A stretch of DNA of 64,000 nt from assembly GCA_963674595.2 (NCBI GenBank), contig CAXXFV010000004.1, forward strand, positions 192,001 through 256,000. The letters are read 5' to 3'. The first letter of the stretch is position 1, and every line of letters begins with the position of its first letter. The translations under genes and the position numbers were made by a program. The notes under the pieces are model-generated. The model was not told the DNA's origin and did not search any database. It saw nothing but the letters and a program-made list of their open reading frames with translations. The stretch is from a bacterium. Its GTDB lineage: Bacteria; Zhuqueibacterota; Zhuqueibacteria; Residuimicrobiales; Krinioviventaceae. This document shows positions 40,798-50,800 of this stretch, one piece after another.

Positions 40798-43167
40798 TTA
40801 ATTTTCAATTATGAATCCGTGATAAAGTCCCATATAATAGGGAAGTAAAAATACGGCACCATCGCCCATTGAATGTCCGTTTCCACCGGTATTCAATTGC
40901 CATGGATTTCTGTTCCAGTGATTAAAGTAGCATTCATCAACAGGAATCACTTTGCCGTTAAGCTGATGTCCGTTACCAGCCATGGATCCCTTATCAAAAT
41001 CGCGCATCCACTCCGGTAAGGGAATAATGTCCAATCGATGACTGTTTGTATGCCGCCAGTCCACCCGATCGAGAGGAAATCTTTTCAAGGTTTCTATGGA
41101 ATCTTCCAACCAGTCTCCGGTCGGATCCATAGGATGCTCTCCCCAGGCATCTTTAAAAGAAACCCCGTCGCACATGGCAGCAAAGGCAAAATTAAAAAAA
41201 GGATTCATTTCCGGTTGTTCCAACCGCCAGCTCTTCCAAAATGAAAGCGCATAGCGGGACGTTAATTGAGGATTTTTTTCATATTTTAAAATATTGTAAT
41301 AGCACATAAAAGCCATTTCATCATCGGATTGGTTGCCGGAACCGGCCCCACGTTGCGGTTTAAGGTACATTAAATTTTGATGATAACTGTGCTTTTTAAT
41401 GAGTTCATTTGCAATCTTGCGGTATTTTTTATCTCCTGTAATATGTTCCGTTACAGCCAGATATGAAAGCATGCTGAGAGAATTTAAACCCCGTTCAGTA
41501 AACCAGTTTTCACTGTAATTTATTTCTTTTGGACTAAACCGCGCCCATCGTGTTGGTTTACCGTCATGATCAACGAGTTGAAAATCATGCTTTACAAGAT
41601 GGTCTGTTAATGCTTTAATATGTTTTCTAACCCGTGTTTTTTCTGCTTCTGTTTGCGCAACAAGGTCGTAATAAAGGCCATAAAAGAAATAATGACCATC
41701 CAGTTCGTCGGAGCTTGTATCACATTTCCAATACCATTTTCCATCTTTGCTTACCGGCCACCTGGGATCAATGACCTTCCACAGCTTATCACCGTGTTGT
41801 TGTTCTCGCCTGTCACGCTCAAGCCTTCCATCATTTGGATTATGACCGGACGTTGGAAGAATTGTTCGGGCAACAAATCCCGGAGGAGCAGGATTTGTTC
41901 CTCCCTGGGTAACCTGGCCTAAAAACTCAAGGGCTGCAAACGCTTTATCTGCCCGTTCCTTGGCCTTTGGGTCTTTTGTAACAGCATAGGCAAAACATTC
42001 CCCGGCGCCATACATACTGGTCCACAAACCATCATTATCACTGTCGTGTTTAACAACATTGGTTTTATCCCCGGCAGCAGGCAGGTTAACTTCCAGGACA
42101 TACTCGTAAGGTGTGCGCCGGTGATACCGGTCGATTTCATCTTCATACCATTTTGCTTTTTCAGCAAGAGTCATTTCAATGTTTTTAATCAAGCCGACTC
42201 CGGCATTTGTAGCAAACCAGGCATCTCCGTTATCGGTAACAGCAATATCTTTAACCTTATCATCCGGCAGCCATCGTTTGCCCTGGCGGTATTCCCATTT
42301 GTTGCCATCATACCGCATAGCGCCAATTGTGGTGCCAAACCAAACATCCTTTACACCATTCGCCGAAACAACGGTAAAATCATTAAAGGGTAATCCTTCC
42401 GCACCTGTAAACAATTTCCAGGAATCATCAAAACAACCCACTCCCTGGGGACAGGCAAACCACACCCGACCGTTTTTATCAACCGCAACACCTCTCACAT
42501 CACGGGGCGCCCAGCTATATTTTTCATCATGCGGATAAACAGACTGCCATTGTCCCAAAGATTTTGAATATTTTAACAGAGAAGCTTTTGTAGCCGCCCA
42601 AATATCACCATTTGACAAAACAGAAAATTGTCGTATGGGTAAATCCGGTATTTTTAGAGGGGTAATATTCATTTTTTCTTTAGAGATTTCGCACCGGTAA
42701 AGATCATTCACTCCGGCGAGGTAAATGGCATCGGCATATTGAACAAGATGTGAACTCTGAGCGAGTTTCAGCATTTCGGGAATTATGATACTCGCCTTTA
42801 CGTCGCTGCCGGCCAGAAAATGCAATTCCGCATTTTCCAGATAATCTTCGTTTAGCGAACCCGTGACAAAAACCAAATCCTGTTCGTCTTTACAAATTGC
42901 ATATACGGCTTTTTTCTGCCCGGGTATATTATACCATTTCGTTTCTTTAAAAACCGACAATCCCTTTGCCGTACCGGCATAAACATTGCCATTATTTGCT
43001 ACAAAAATTGAATAAATTTCGTTTGAAGGTAAACCGTCATTCATTGAAAATGTAATTCTTTTTTGCTGATAAAAAGAACCGACCTCAACCCCTTTGCTTT
43101 TACCACATGCGCTGCTTAAAGCAGCCAGCACAATAACAGCCGTGATGATAACCTTGATTCTTTTCAT
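40798..43167 (-). CDS. lipoprotein with N-terminal regulator-type beta-propeller and uncharacterised helical C-terminal domain
   Basis: Lipobox SSAC and repeated GLP/LP...D..G.VWF.T..G blades. C-terminal half has DSDNDGLWT, DTSSDELDGH and YYMGLYHG. Confidence 0.65.
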   Translation of the reverse strand: MKRIKVIITAVIVLAALSSACGKSKGVEVGSFYQQKRITFSMNDGLPSNEIYSIFVANNGNVYAGTAKGLSVFKETKWYNIPGQKKAVYAICKDEQDLVFVTGSLNEDYLENAELHFLAGSDVKASIIIPEMLKLAQSSHLVQYADAIYLAGVNDLYRCEISKEKMNITPLKIPDLPIRQFSVLSNGDIWAATKASLLKYSKSLGQWQSVYPHDEKYSWAPRDVRGVAVDKNGRVWFACPQGVGCFDDSWKLFTGAEGLPFNDFTVVSANGVKDVWFGTTIGAMRYDGNKWEYRQGKRWLPDDKVKDIAVTDNGDAWFATNAGVGLIKNIEMTLAEKAKWYEDEIDRYHRRTPYEYVLEVNLPAAGDKTNVVKHDSDNDGLWTSMYGAGECFAYAVTKDPKAKERADKAFAALEFLGQVTQGGTNPAPPGFVARTILPTSGHNPNDGRLERDRREQQHGDKLWKVIDPRWPVSKDGKWYWKCDTSSDELDGHYFFYGLYYDLVAQTEAEKTRVRKHIKALTDHLVKHDFQLVDHDGKPTRWARFSPKEINYSENWFTERGLNSLSMLSYLAVTEHITGDKKYRKIANELIKKHSYHQNLMYLKPQRGAGSGNQSDDEMAFMCYYNILKYEKNPQLTSRYALSFWKSWRLEQPEMNPFFNFAFAAMCDGVSFKDAWGEHPMDPTGDWLEDSIETLKRFPLDRVDWRHTNSHRLDIIPLPEWMRDFDKGSMAGNGHQLNGKVIPVDECYFNHWNRNPWQLNTGGNGHSMGDGAVFLLPYYMGLYHGFIIEN

Positions 43168-43179
43168 ACTCCCTCACTT

Positions 43180-43920
43180 TCAAGAAAATTTTTCAATAAT
43201 TTTTAGTATTTTTTGATAATGCGATCCTTTCCAATAAATTTTATAACATTTTTGACATTGACTATATTCATTGTAAAACATGGCTGTATTCGGCGGCAGT
43301 TTGTCCAGAATATTCTTTTTTTCAACACTTTTAATAATTCCATTACAAACAATACACCTGGTAAAAGGCGCTGTTTGAGAATAAAGTTCAAACCGGTTAA
43401 AGACTTGTTTGATTTGCTCTGTCCATAAAGTAGACCGGACCCAATATCCGCAGGACACAATTTTATTTTTCAACAAGCCAATGTCACGGGTTAAAATAAT
43501 CCGTTTCTGCTCAAGAGCAAGATCAATTATTTTTGGGTCACTAAAATCATTTTCATAAAGGCAATCAAATCCAAACATACGTAAAACGCGTGTCAGTTTA
43601 CCCAAATGTACATCAAGGATAAATGTTTTAGTGTTTTGAGAAAAGTTATTGAGTTTTATTACGGGTGAAATATTTAAATTTTGATAAACTGGATAAACAT
43701 CAACAGAATCCCCATTGTATATATGTTTTTCAAAATCAACAGATTCCCCGTTTATCACAATCATATCAATCTCCGTATGAGGAATTCCAATTGCTTCTAT
43801 GGCATCTTTGACTGATGGTTTACCAGAAAAAAAATATTTAAAATATTTTTCTCTGCGGCTGCTGGGTAAAAAATCATTTAATTCTTTATGAAATTGAAAT
43901 ATAGCGCAATTTAGCGGCAT
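43180..43920 (-). CDS. Ub-like + Mut7-C RNase (PIN) domain protein
   Basis: ELNDFLP..SVKDAIEAIGIPHTE, DVHLGKL, LTRD, RCIVCNG and C..C.KIYWKGSH motifs. Confidence 0.9.
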   Translation of the reverse strand: MPLNCAIFQFHKELNDFLPSSRREKYFKYFFSGKPSVKDAIEAIGIPHTEIDMIVINGESVDFEKHIYNGDSVDVYPVYQNLNISPVIKLNNFSQNTKTFILDVHLGKLTRVLRMFGFDCLYENDFSDPKIIDLALEQKRIILTRDIGLLKNKIVSCGYWVRSTLWTEQIKQVFNRFELYSQTAPFTRCIVCNGIIKSVEKKNILDKLPPNTAMFYNEYSQCQKCYKIYWKGSHYQKILKIIEKFS

Positions 43921-44052
43921 GATTGCATTTTTATTTAAAATACATTATCTGCTAAGGATTGACATTCTATTAAAAGTTATCGACGGCATTTATATTTTTT
44001 AAAAACATATTATATCAAATCTAATTATTGAAAGCAAGTAATGATTTTAGTT

Positions 44053-44517
44053 TTAAATATCTTTATCAAAATCAAATTTAATTAAATTGTTGTCTGAAGG
44101 ATAATTCAATATTAAAATATTATTAATAAAATCAAAATCCAATTTTTTATTAAAATAAAAAAAATGAGATTGACACCTGCAATCAGAACAACCAAAATCT
44201 GTTATACAATCATCGGCGAAATGACTTAATAATTGCGCATACTGACATTCCCGTTTTTCAGGAAAGTTTGTATACCATATATCCAAAAGGTTTGCAAAAT
44301 TTTTAAAATAGTCAATGTGCCATCTTGGTTTGGTGGATTTTTTTATGTGGTGCTTTATTCTGGCAAAAACACCGCCGGGTCCAAAAGCGCTTCCAATATA
44401 ATAATAATAACCTGCTTTGAAATGTTTTTCCCCAAGCTTACCAATAACTAAACTCTGATCATGATCCAGAAAAAAGAAAAGTAGATAGGTCCCCTTGAAA
44501 TTTACATTATCATTCAT
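44053..44517 (-). CDS. GIY-YIG nuclease (DUF123 family)
   Basis: KGTY, YYYIGSAFGPGG..ARI.HH, WHIDY and FGCSDCRCQSH motifs. Confidence 0.88.
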   Translation of the reverse strand: MNDNVNFKGTYLLFFFLDHDQSLVIGKLGEKHFKAGYYYYIGSAFGPGGVFARIKHHIKKSTKPRWHIDYFKNFANLLDIWYTNFPEKRECQYAQLLSHFADDCITDFGCSDCRCQSHFFYFNKKLDFDFINNILILNYPSDNNLIKFDFDKDI

Positions 44518-44522
44518 TTTAA

Positions 44523-45617
44523 TTAAATTTTCACAAAATGTTTTCCTGCCAGTTGCCGAACATAACTCTTTAATTCAAGAGAAAGCAAAATCGATAAAAC
44601 CAGCGAAGAGGATAAGCCGCATTTTTGACAGAGAATATCAATATGTAAAGGTTCTTCAGAAAGATATTTTAAAACAATTCTTTCATCATCTGAAGCATCT
44701 TTATAGGTTTTGGCAAGCGGAACCTTTTTCTTTTCAACATTATATTCAGATAATATGTCATCAGGGGTTAACACCAAACGTGCCCCATCCTGTATAAGCC
44801 GGTTACAACCGATGCTTTTCGGATTTGTAATATTGCCGGGAACGGCAAATACTTCTTTTCCTTGATCCAAAGCATATTCTGCGGTAATAATTGCACCGCT
44901 CTTATTTCCGGCTTCAATAACAAAAACCGCCTTACTTAGTCCGGAAATTAATCTGTTTCTTTTGGGAAAATTTCGTGCATCCGGTTTTGTAGACATTGGA
45001 AACTCGGATATTAAAGCACCGCATTCAAATATCTGTGACAACATGGATATATTTTCCGGGGGATAAATGACATCAACACCAGACCCTAATACAGCAAAGG
45101 TAATGCCTCTGTTGGTAATGACGGTTTTGTGGGCAATCGTATCGACACCTCTGGCAAAACCACTAATTACAGAAATATTTTGCCGAGCAATTTCCGCAGC
45201 AAACTTTTCTGTTATCAGTTTTCCATAGGTACTGGGATGTCGTGTTCCAACAATGGCCAGGCTTTGATGGTTTAACTTTTGAGCACATGAGCGAACATAC
45301 AAAATACAGGGAGGATCATAGATATTTTTCAATGATACAGGATAATCCTGATCCCAATAAGTTAAAATTTTGGTATTAAACTGTTTTGCGCGTTTTATTT
45401 GCTCAGAGGCAAACTCAGCATTGTTGGTATTTTTAATTAGCTGAGCCAGCTTTTTATCAATCCCATCAACTTCAATCAATTGACGGGGTGACGCCGACAA
45501 AACAGCCCCGGGTTCTTTAAACCGTTTCATTAAATTAAGAAGACGATATGAACCTACCCCAGGCACACTCGATAATCGGAACAGAGCATTTAAATCAATT
45601 TCTTGATTTTTTTCCAC
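44523..45617 (-). CDS. dprA: DNA-processing protein DprA
   Basis: AIVGTR, SGFARGVD, FPKRNRLISGLS, EAGNKSGA and VFAVPG motifs. Confidence 0.96.
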   Translation of the reverse strand: MEKNQEIDLNALFRLSSVPGVGSYRLLNLMKRFKEPGAVLSASPRQLIEVDGIDKKLAQLIKNTNNAEFASEQIKRAKQFNTKILTYWDQDYPVSLKNIYDPPCILYVRSCAQKLNHQSLAIVGTRHPSTYGKLITEKFAAEIARQNISVISGFARGVDTIAHKTVITNRGITFAVLGSGVDVIYPPENISMLSQIFECGALISEFPMSTKPDARNFPKRNRLISGLSKAVFVIEAGNKSGAIITAEYALDQGKEVFAVPGNITNPKSIGCNRLIQDGARLVLTPDDILSEYNVEKKKVPLAKTYKDASDDERIVLKYLSEEPLHIDILCQKCGLSSSLVLSILLSLELKSYVRQLAGKHFVKI

Positions 45618-45627
45618 AATAAATTAT

Positions 45628-46617
45628 CTATTCAATTTCGGATTTTATTAAATCAAATAATTTTTTCTTCATTATATCAATGTTATCCCCACGAACAGAG
45701 GAGATTAAAATATATTCATCATTCGGATCTATAAAAGAAGGTTTGTCCGGAAATTCGTCTTGCAATAAATCTGCTTTGGTAAAAATAACCAGTTTTGGTT
45801 TTTCAAGCAGTAATTTATCAAAAGAGGCTAATTCATTTAACAGAATGGTATAGTCCTGTTCCATATCTTCAGATGTGGCATCCAAAAGAACAGCCAAAAC
45901 CCGGGTCCGTTCAATATGTTTTAAAAATTGGATTCCAAGTCCCTTTCCCAAGTGGGCACCCTGAATAAGGCCCGGTATATCTGCAGCAACAAAAGTCTCA
46001 AATTGACCGGCCTGCACAATACCTAACTGCGGTACGAGTGTGGTAAAAGGATAATCTGCAATTTTGGGTCGGGCCGCTGTAATACGCGAAAGCAAAGTGG
46101 ATTTACCGGCATTCGGCAGACCAACAAAACCAACATCCGCCAACAGCTTGAGTTCCAATTGTATGTTCTTTTCTTCGCCTTCTTGTCCGGGTTCCCACTC
46201 TTGAGGCGCCCTATTGGTCGGAGAAACAAAACGGGCATTTCCACGTCCTCCTCGGCCGCCTTTGGCAATAATAACTTGCTGCTTGTCTTTAACCAAATCT
46301 GCCAAAATTTCTCCGGAATCAATATCCTTAATGACAGTACCGATAGGAAGACGTATAAATAAATTATCAGCGCTTTTGCCGATTTTATTATCACCCTCTC
46401 CGTGTCTGCCTCGTTTGGCTTTGTAGTGTCGTTTATACCTAAAGTCTAGCAATGTTTGTATGCTCTTATCCGCAACGGCAATAATATGCCCGCCTTTTCC
46501 ACCGTCTCCGCCGCTTGGGCCTCCTTTTGGGACAAATTTTTCCCGTCTAAAAGCCAAACAACCACTACCGCCGTCACCGGCTTTTATATAAACTTTTGCA
46601 CTATCGACAAAATTCAT
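45628..46617 (-). CDS. obgE: GTPase ObgE/CgtA
   Basis: FRREKFVPKGGPSGGDGG, GLPNAGKST, YPFTTL and DIPGLI motifs. Confidence 0.97.
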   Translation of the reverse strand: MNFVDSAKVYIKAGDGGSGCLAFRREKFVPKGGPSGGDGGKGGHIIAVADKSIQTLLDFRYKRHYKAKRGRHGEGDNKIGKSADNLFIRLPIGTVIKDIDSGEILADLVKDKQQVIIAKGGRGGRGNARFVSPTNRAPQEWEPGQEGEEKNIQLELKLLADVGFVGLPNAGKSTLLSRITAARPKIADYPFTTLVPQLGIVQAGQFETFVAADIPGLIQGAHLGKGLGIQFLKHIERTRVLAVLLDATSEDMEQDYTILLNELASFDKLLLEKPKLVIFTKADLLQDEFPDKPSFIDPNDEYILISSVRGDNIDIMKKKLFDLIKSEIE

Positions 46618-46686
46618 TTTTTTCTTACAACTTTAATTTTGAATGGAATAATAAAGATTTGTAACCCAAAGTCCCCCCGTTTTCCG

Positions 46687-47360
46687 CTATGAATAATTAA
46701 CAGAAAAAATTTGTCGTTTCTTTTTTGAATCCAGATCTATTTTTTTTAATATCTTACGTAAACCAAACCATCCTATTTTCACATTTCCGTATTGTGGTGT
46801 ATTTAACATCCGGGCAATATTTAATGTACTGGAATTGGGATGAGTTGTTACAATTTTTTTAACTTTATCTTCAATAGACAAATCCGTTCTAATTGGTTGA
46901 TCGGATTGTGTTGTTTTTATCTCTTTGTCCGCAACAGGAGTTGCTGATTTGGGTTCAGTTGTATTAACTTCAACAACGTTTGTTTGTTTACTTCCATTTG
47001 ACAAAAGTCGTTCAAAGTCGCTAACAGCTTCTTCCAACGTGTCAAAGGCTTTTAAAATATAATGAAACTCGAGTAATTCAAAAACTTCATAAACTTCAGG
47101 AATCATTCGAACCAGTTTCAAGTCTCCGCCTTTTTCACGAATACCTTTAATTTCACTGATAAAAATACCCAGCCGGCACTGCTGACATAATCAACATTTC
47201 CTAAATCAATAATGATATTGTATGAACCCGCTTTTAATAAAGAGTTCAATGCATGTTCCAGCTCGGAAGAGGTAGTGGTATCAATATACCCGCCAACCTT
47301 AATAACTGAAACACTGTTCTGGCTTCCAGTTTTTTCTACAGACAACTGAATACCTTCCAT
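46687..47360 (-). CDS. STAS anti-sigma-factor antagonist with C-terminal HTH-like domain, split by a 1-nt frameshift
   Basis: GYIDTTT..DLGNVDYVSSAGW continues as GIFISEIKGIREKGGDLKLVRM..VYEVFELL if one G is added to the GGG run (plus strand ccc at 47168-47170). This joins ORFs 47118-47360 and 46687-47121. GGAG RBS. Confidence 0.85.
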
Positions 47361-47473
47361 TTTTATTAGTCTCCATTAGTTCCCCATTCTATTCCTACGC
47401 CACTCTAAAAGAATGCATTTTATATAATATTTTCATTTTCCTTGAACTTCCCCGCAACACCTAAAGTGTCATT

Positions 47474-47502
47474 AATATAGTTGTTAAACCTTAAAATGTC
47501 AA
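47474..47502 (-). promoter_or_regulatory. sigma70 promoter for STAS(-obgE-dprA)
   Basis: Minus strand TTGACA-N17-TATATT. Confidence 0.6.
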
Positions 47503-47529
47503 TAGTATTTTCTTGTCAAAACAGTAGAA

Positions 47530-47877
47530 TTATGAAAGATTAAGATATTGTTTAGCACGTTCTATGCTGTTTCTAATATCTTGTCTTTCAGGAGAAATTT
47601 TGAGAATTTGTTCCCATTGATTTATAGCTCGCCTAAAGTCTCCCTGATTGGCATGAATAACTCCTAAATTTTCATGCGCCTCGATATTTTCAAAATCCAA
47701 TTTAATTACTTTTTCATATTCTTTAGCGGCTTCGTTATATAAACGTTGTCTGTAAAGTGCATTCCCGCGCAAAACATGGGCCTGCCATTTATCCGGATAA
47801 TTTTGTATTATAGTATTTAATAGTTCCATTGCTTTTTTATAACTGCCATCAGAATACAATTTTGAGGCATCTTCCAT
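47530..47877 (-). CDS. TPR domain, probably the frameshifted C-terminus of the upstream kinase/phosphatase
   Basis: About three TPRs (AHVLRGNALY, AHENLGVIH). It overlaps the upstream ORF end and becomes in frame if one A is removed from the A6 run at 47879-47884. Confidence 0.7.
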   Translation of the reverse strand: MEDASKLYSDGSYKKAMELLNTIIQNYPDKWQAHVLRGNALYRQRLYNEAAKEYEKVIKLDFENIEAHENLGVIHANQGDFRRAINQWEQILKISPERQDIRNSIERAKQYLNLS

Positions 47878-50800
47878 CTTTTTTGTTATACATATATTCA
47901 TCTTTTTCAAGATTGACATCAAGAGGAAATTTTTCATGATCGGACATTTTCTTTTTATCTGTTAAAGCTTCTTTTAACAGCATTTCAAACTGTTCTTCAT
48001 CTTCATCATAAAAAGTATCATCCGACTCTACAAAATCCAACAATTCATCAAACGATAAACTTTTGGAATCTTCTTCAACAACAGATTCCTCATCACCTTG
48101 TTCAAACTTGAAATCGGAAATATCCCAGTTTATTTCCTCTTCAAATTCATTTTCCGAGTGGTTGTTTATTTGTTCCTTTATTTCATTTTCAAGAATTTGT
48201 TCAGAAATTGTTTCTTCTATTTCGCCGGTTGTGGAAATAACACCTTCTTCATCTATTATTTCAATAAACTCATCAAAGGAATCGGAAAAATCTTTTTCTT
48301 CGTCAAACAACAAAGAACTTTCTTCATCTATAAAATCTATATCCTCAACCGGTTCACCTTCAAATTCATCCTTTTCTTCTTTCTTTTCAGGTTCATCAAG
48401 ACCACCACCGGCATTTAAAGCATCAATAAAATCAAGCTCTTCTTTTTCCGATTGGGTTTGTAAATGATCGGTGTCGGAATATTCAAGATCCCCTATTTCT
48501 TCTTCCTTTTCAGCTTCACTTTCCGGTTCGGTTTCATCTCCGGCAAAGTCAAAAATTTCCAGGTCAGAGAAATCATCGGCTTCCAGTTCAAGGATAGCAT
48601 CATCAGTTTCTGTGTCGGGTTCCGGTTCTATCGATGCTTTTTCGTCTTGTTTAACTTTATCTCTTTCTTCATCAAAAGGAGCTTCAAAAAATTCAGATTC
48701 AGACACATCAATTACTGATTCGTGTTCAGATAACAGTATATCTGTATCCTGGTCAACAATCATATCATCTTCATCATGGACAAAATCAAAATCCATTGAA
48801 TCATCTACAGATGACAGTTCATCATCTTGATTTTCGTGAATATCATCTTCTTTTACATCTTTAACTAATTCTTGTTGTTCATCAGATTCATCACGATCTT
48901 GAACTCTATCCGGCTGCTCAGGCCCGCTTTCCTGCTGACGGACGGTTACATTTTTTCTTTTATCAAATAAATCAACAAGAGGGGTCAGCAATAAAGAGTC
49001 CGGTTCTAAATCCAAAAGCTCCAGGGGGGACTTGAATTCCTGAATTACCTGGGCAACCTCTTCTGTTTCAACCGGCTTTGTTGTAATCTCAGCGTCTAAT
49101 TCAATATCCTTAGATTTTTTATCCTGTTTCGGAAGTTCTTCAGATTCAAACTGTTTCAAATCTTCTTCTTCAGGCAGCGAATAATTTGCTTTTTGTAAAA
49201 TGACTTTGCCGTCAATGGTCAACATGGGTGTTCCGGGCGGCTTAATCCGGCGTTTTTTACCACCTCTGGCAATAAAAGCTTTCCTCAATTCTTTAGTGTT
49301 TAGCCTGGACCGAACAAGTTCTTCATAAATTTTAGCAGCGCTGATGATAGAAAAACTATAACGTTCTGTATTTAATTCTTCACTGATCCTTTTTGCGCCA
49401 TAGTCCGGGAACCGTCGGATAATGTCATAAATTTTTGTTTTTTCTTCAATACTGAGATGGCGAGCTTCAATTTGTTCTTCTTCGTTCTCCAGGGTAAACT
49501 GATCAAGACCTTCTTTTTCAAAACTGGCTTTATACTTGTTATAGGCATAAGTCGTGATGCCGACCGATTCACAGGCCTCTTTGATACTTTTTCCTTCGGA
49601 AACGAGATTAAAAACTTTTTTAGCCCGTTTTAGCTCTACTTTTTCAGCAGATGACTTTTCTTTAATAGAAACAAGTGTAATATCATCGTTTTGTGGAAAA
49701 CCTTCGGTGAAAGCTACAATTTCCCGTTGGAGTTTTTCAACAAACTCACCGGCGGTCAAATGTCCAAATCTTCGTACAACATTCAAAAAACGTTCTTCAG
49801 CAAACAATTGCCGTTTGGCATTCATTGCTTCTGTAATGCCGTCCGTATATATTATTAAAATATCATCTTCAGCTAAAGAGACAGTTCCGGACTCGATGGA
49901 GTTACGAAACAGGTGCTTATCCGGCAAAGAAATACCTATGGGGAAGCCTCGGGGATTTAAATAATAGGTATTATTCGTACTGGGTCGAAACAGAATCATC
50001 GGATTGTGGCCGGCGCTGGCAAAATTTAAGCGGCGACGTTTAGAATCGATAATGACATAAAAAAGGGTCACAAACATGCCCTTTTTCATGTCATTAACGA
50101 CAAAATCGTTTACGCGCGCTAATACTTCTGCAGCATCTTTAATTCCACGTGCTTCTGTTCGTAATGCAGTACGAATCATGGTCATAACAAGTGAACCGGG
50201 AACACCCTTTCCGGAGACGTCGGCTACTACTATACCCAGAGTATCGCGGTCTACTTCTACAAAATCAAAATAATCACCACCTACCTCTTTTGCGGCTGCA
50301 TAATAGGATGAAATGTCATAACCTTCAATATCAGGGAACTCACTCGGCAAGAGCGTTTGCTGAATTTCCTGTGCAACCTGCATTTCTTTTTGCAGACGTT
50401 CCTGTTCCGCCAGGTTGAGCTGCGATGCTTTAAGCTGTTGCGTAATATCGCTAAAAGCCTGGGCAATTTCACCAACTTCGGTTGATGAATCAATATCCAT
50501 TTCTTCAGCGACGCCGGGTTTTCCAAGTTCTTTAACCCACTCCTGAAGACGGCGAAAAGGATTCATTACAATGTAAATCAATAAAAAGAGTCCTGCGACT
50601 CCTATGACCCAAACGAACAATGCCAGACTAAGATTATTTTGCCTGGCTTTAGAAACATCAGAGTAAATTTTGTCTCCATCAATGAACAGGTGGGCCCTGG
50701 ACATTATATGGTCCTGTTCGTCCACAACGGGATAGACAATATCCACGACTTTTTTTCCGTCAGGCTGCCGAAATTCAAAAACATTTTTTTGAATTTCCTT

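Noticed and set aside
43180-45617. Defence or toxin island (Mut7-C, GIY-YIG, DprA)
   Set aside because: All three are widespread stand-alone genes next to housekeeping obgE. No antitoxin or mobility genes were seen.
47878-47884. Programmed -1 frameshift at AAAAAAG (dnaX/IS type)
   Set aside because: The heptamer is not in the A-AAA-AAG phase of the upstream frame, and reaching the TPR needs +1 (or -2), not -1.
49260-49630. Inserted IS element
   Set aside because: Only HTH-like sequence is present, in frame within the host protein. No DDE domain, terminal inverted repeats or target duplication were seen.
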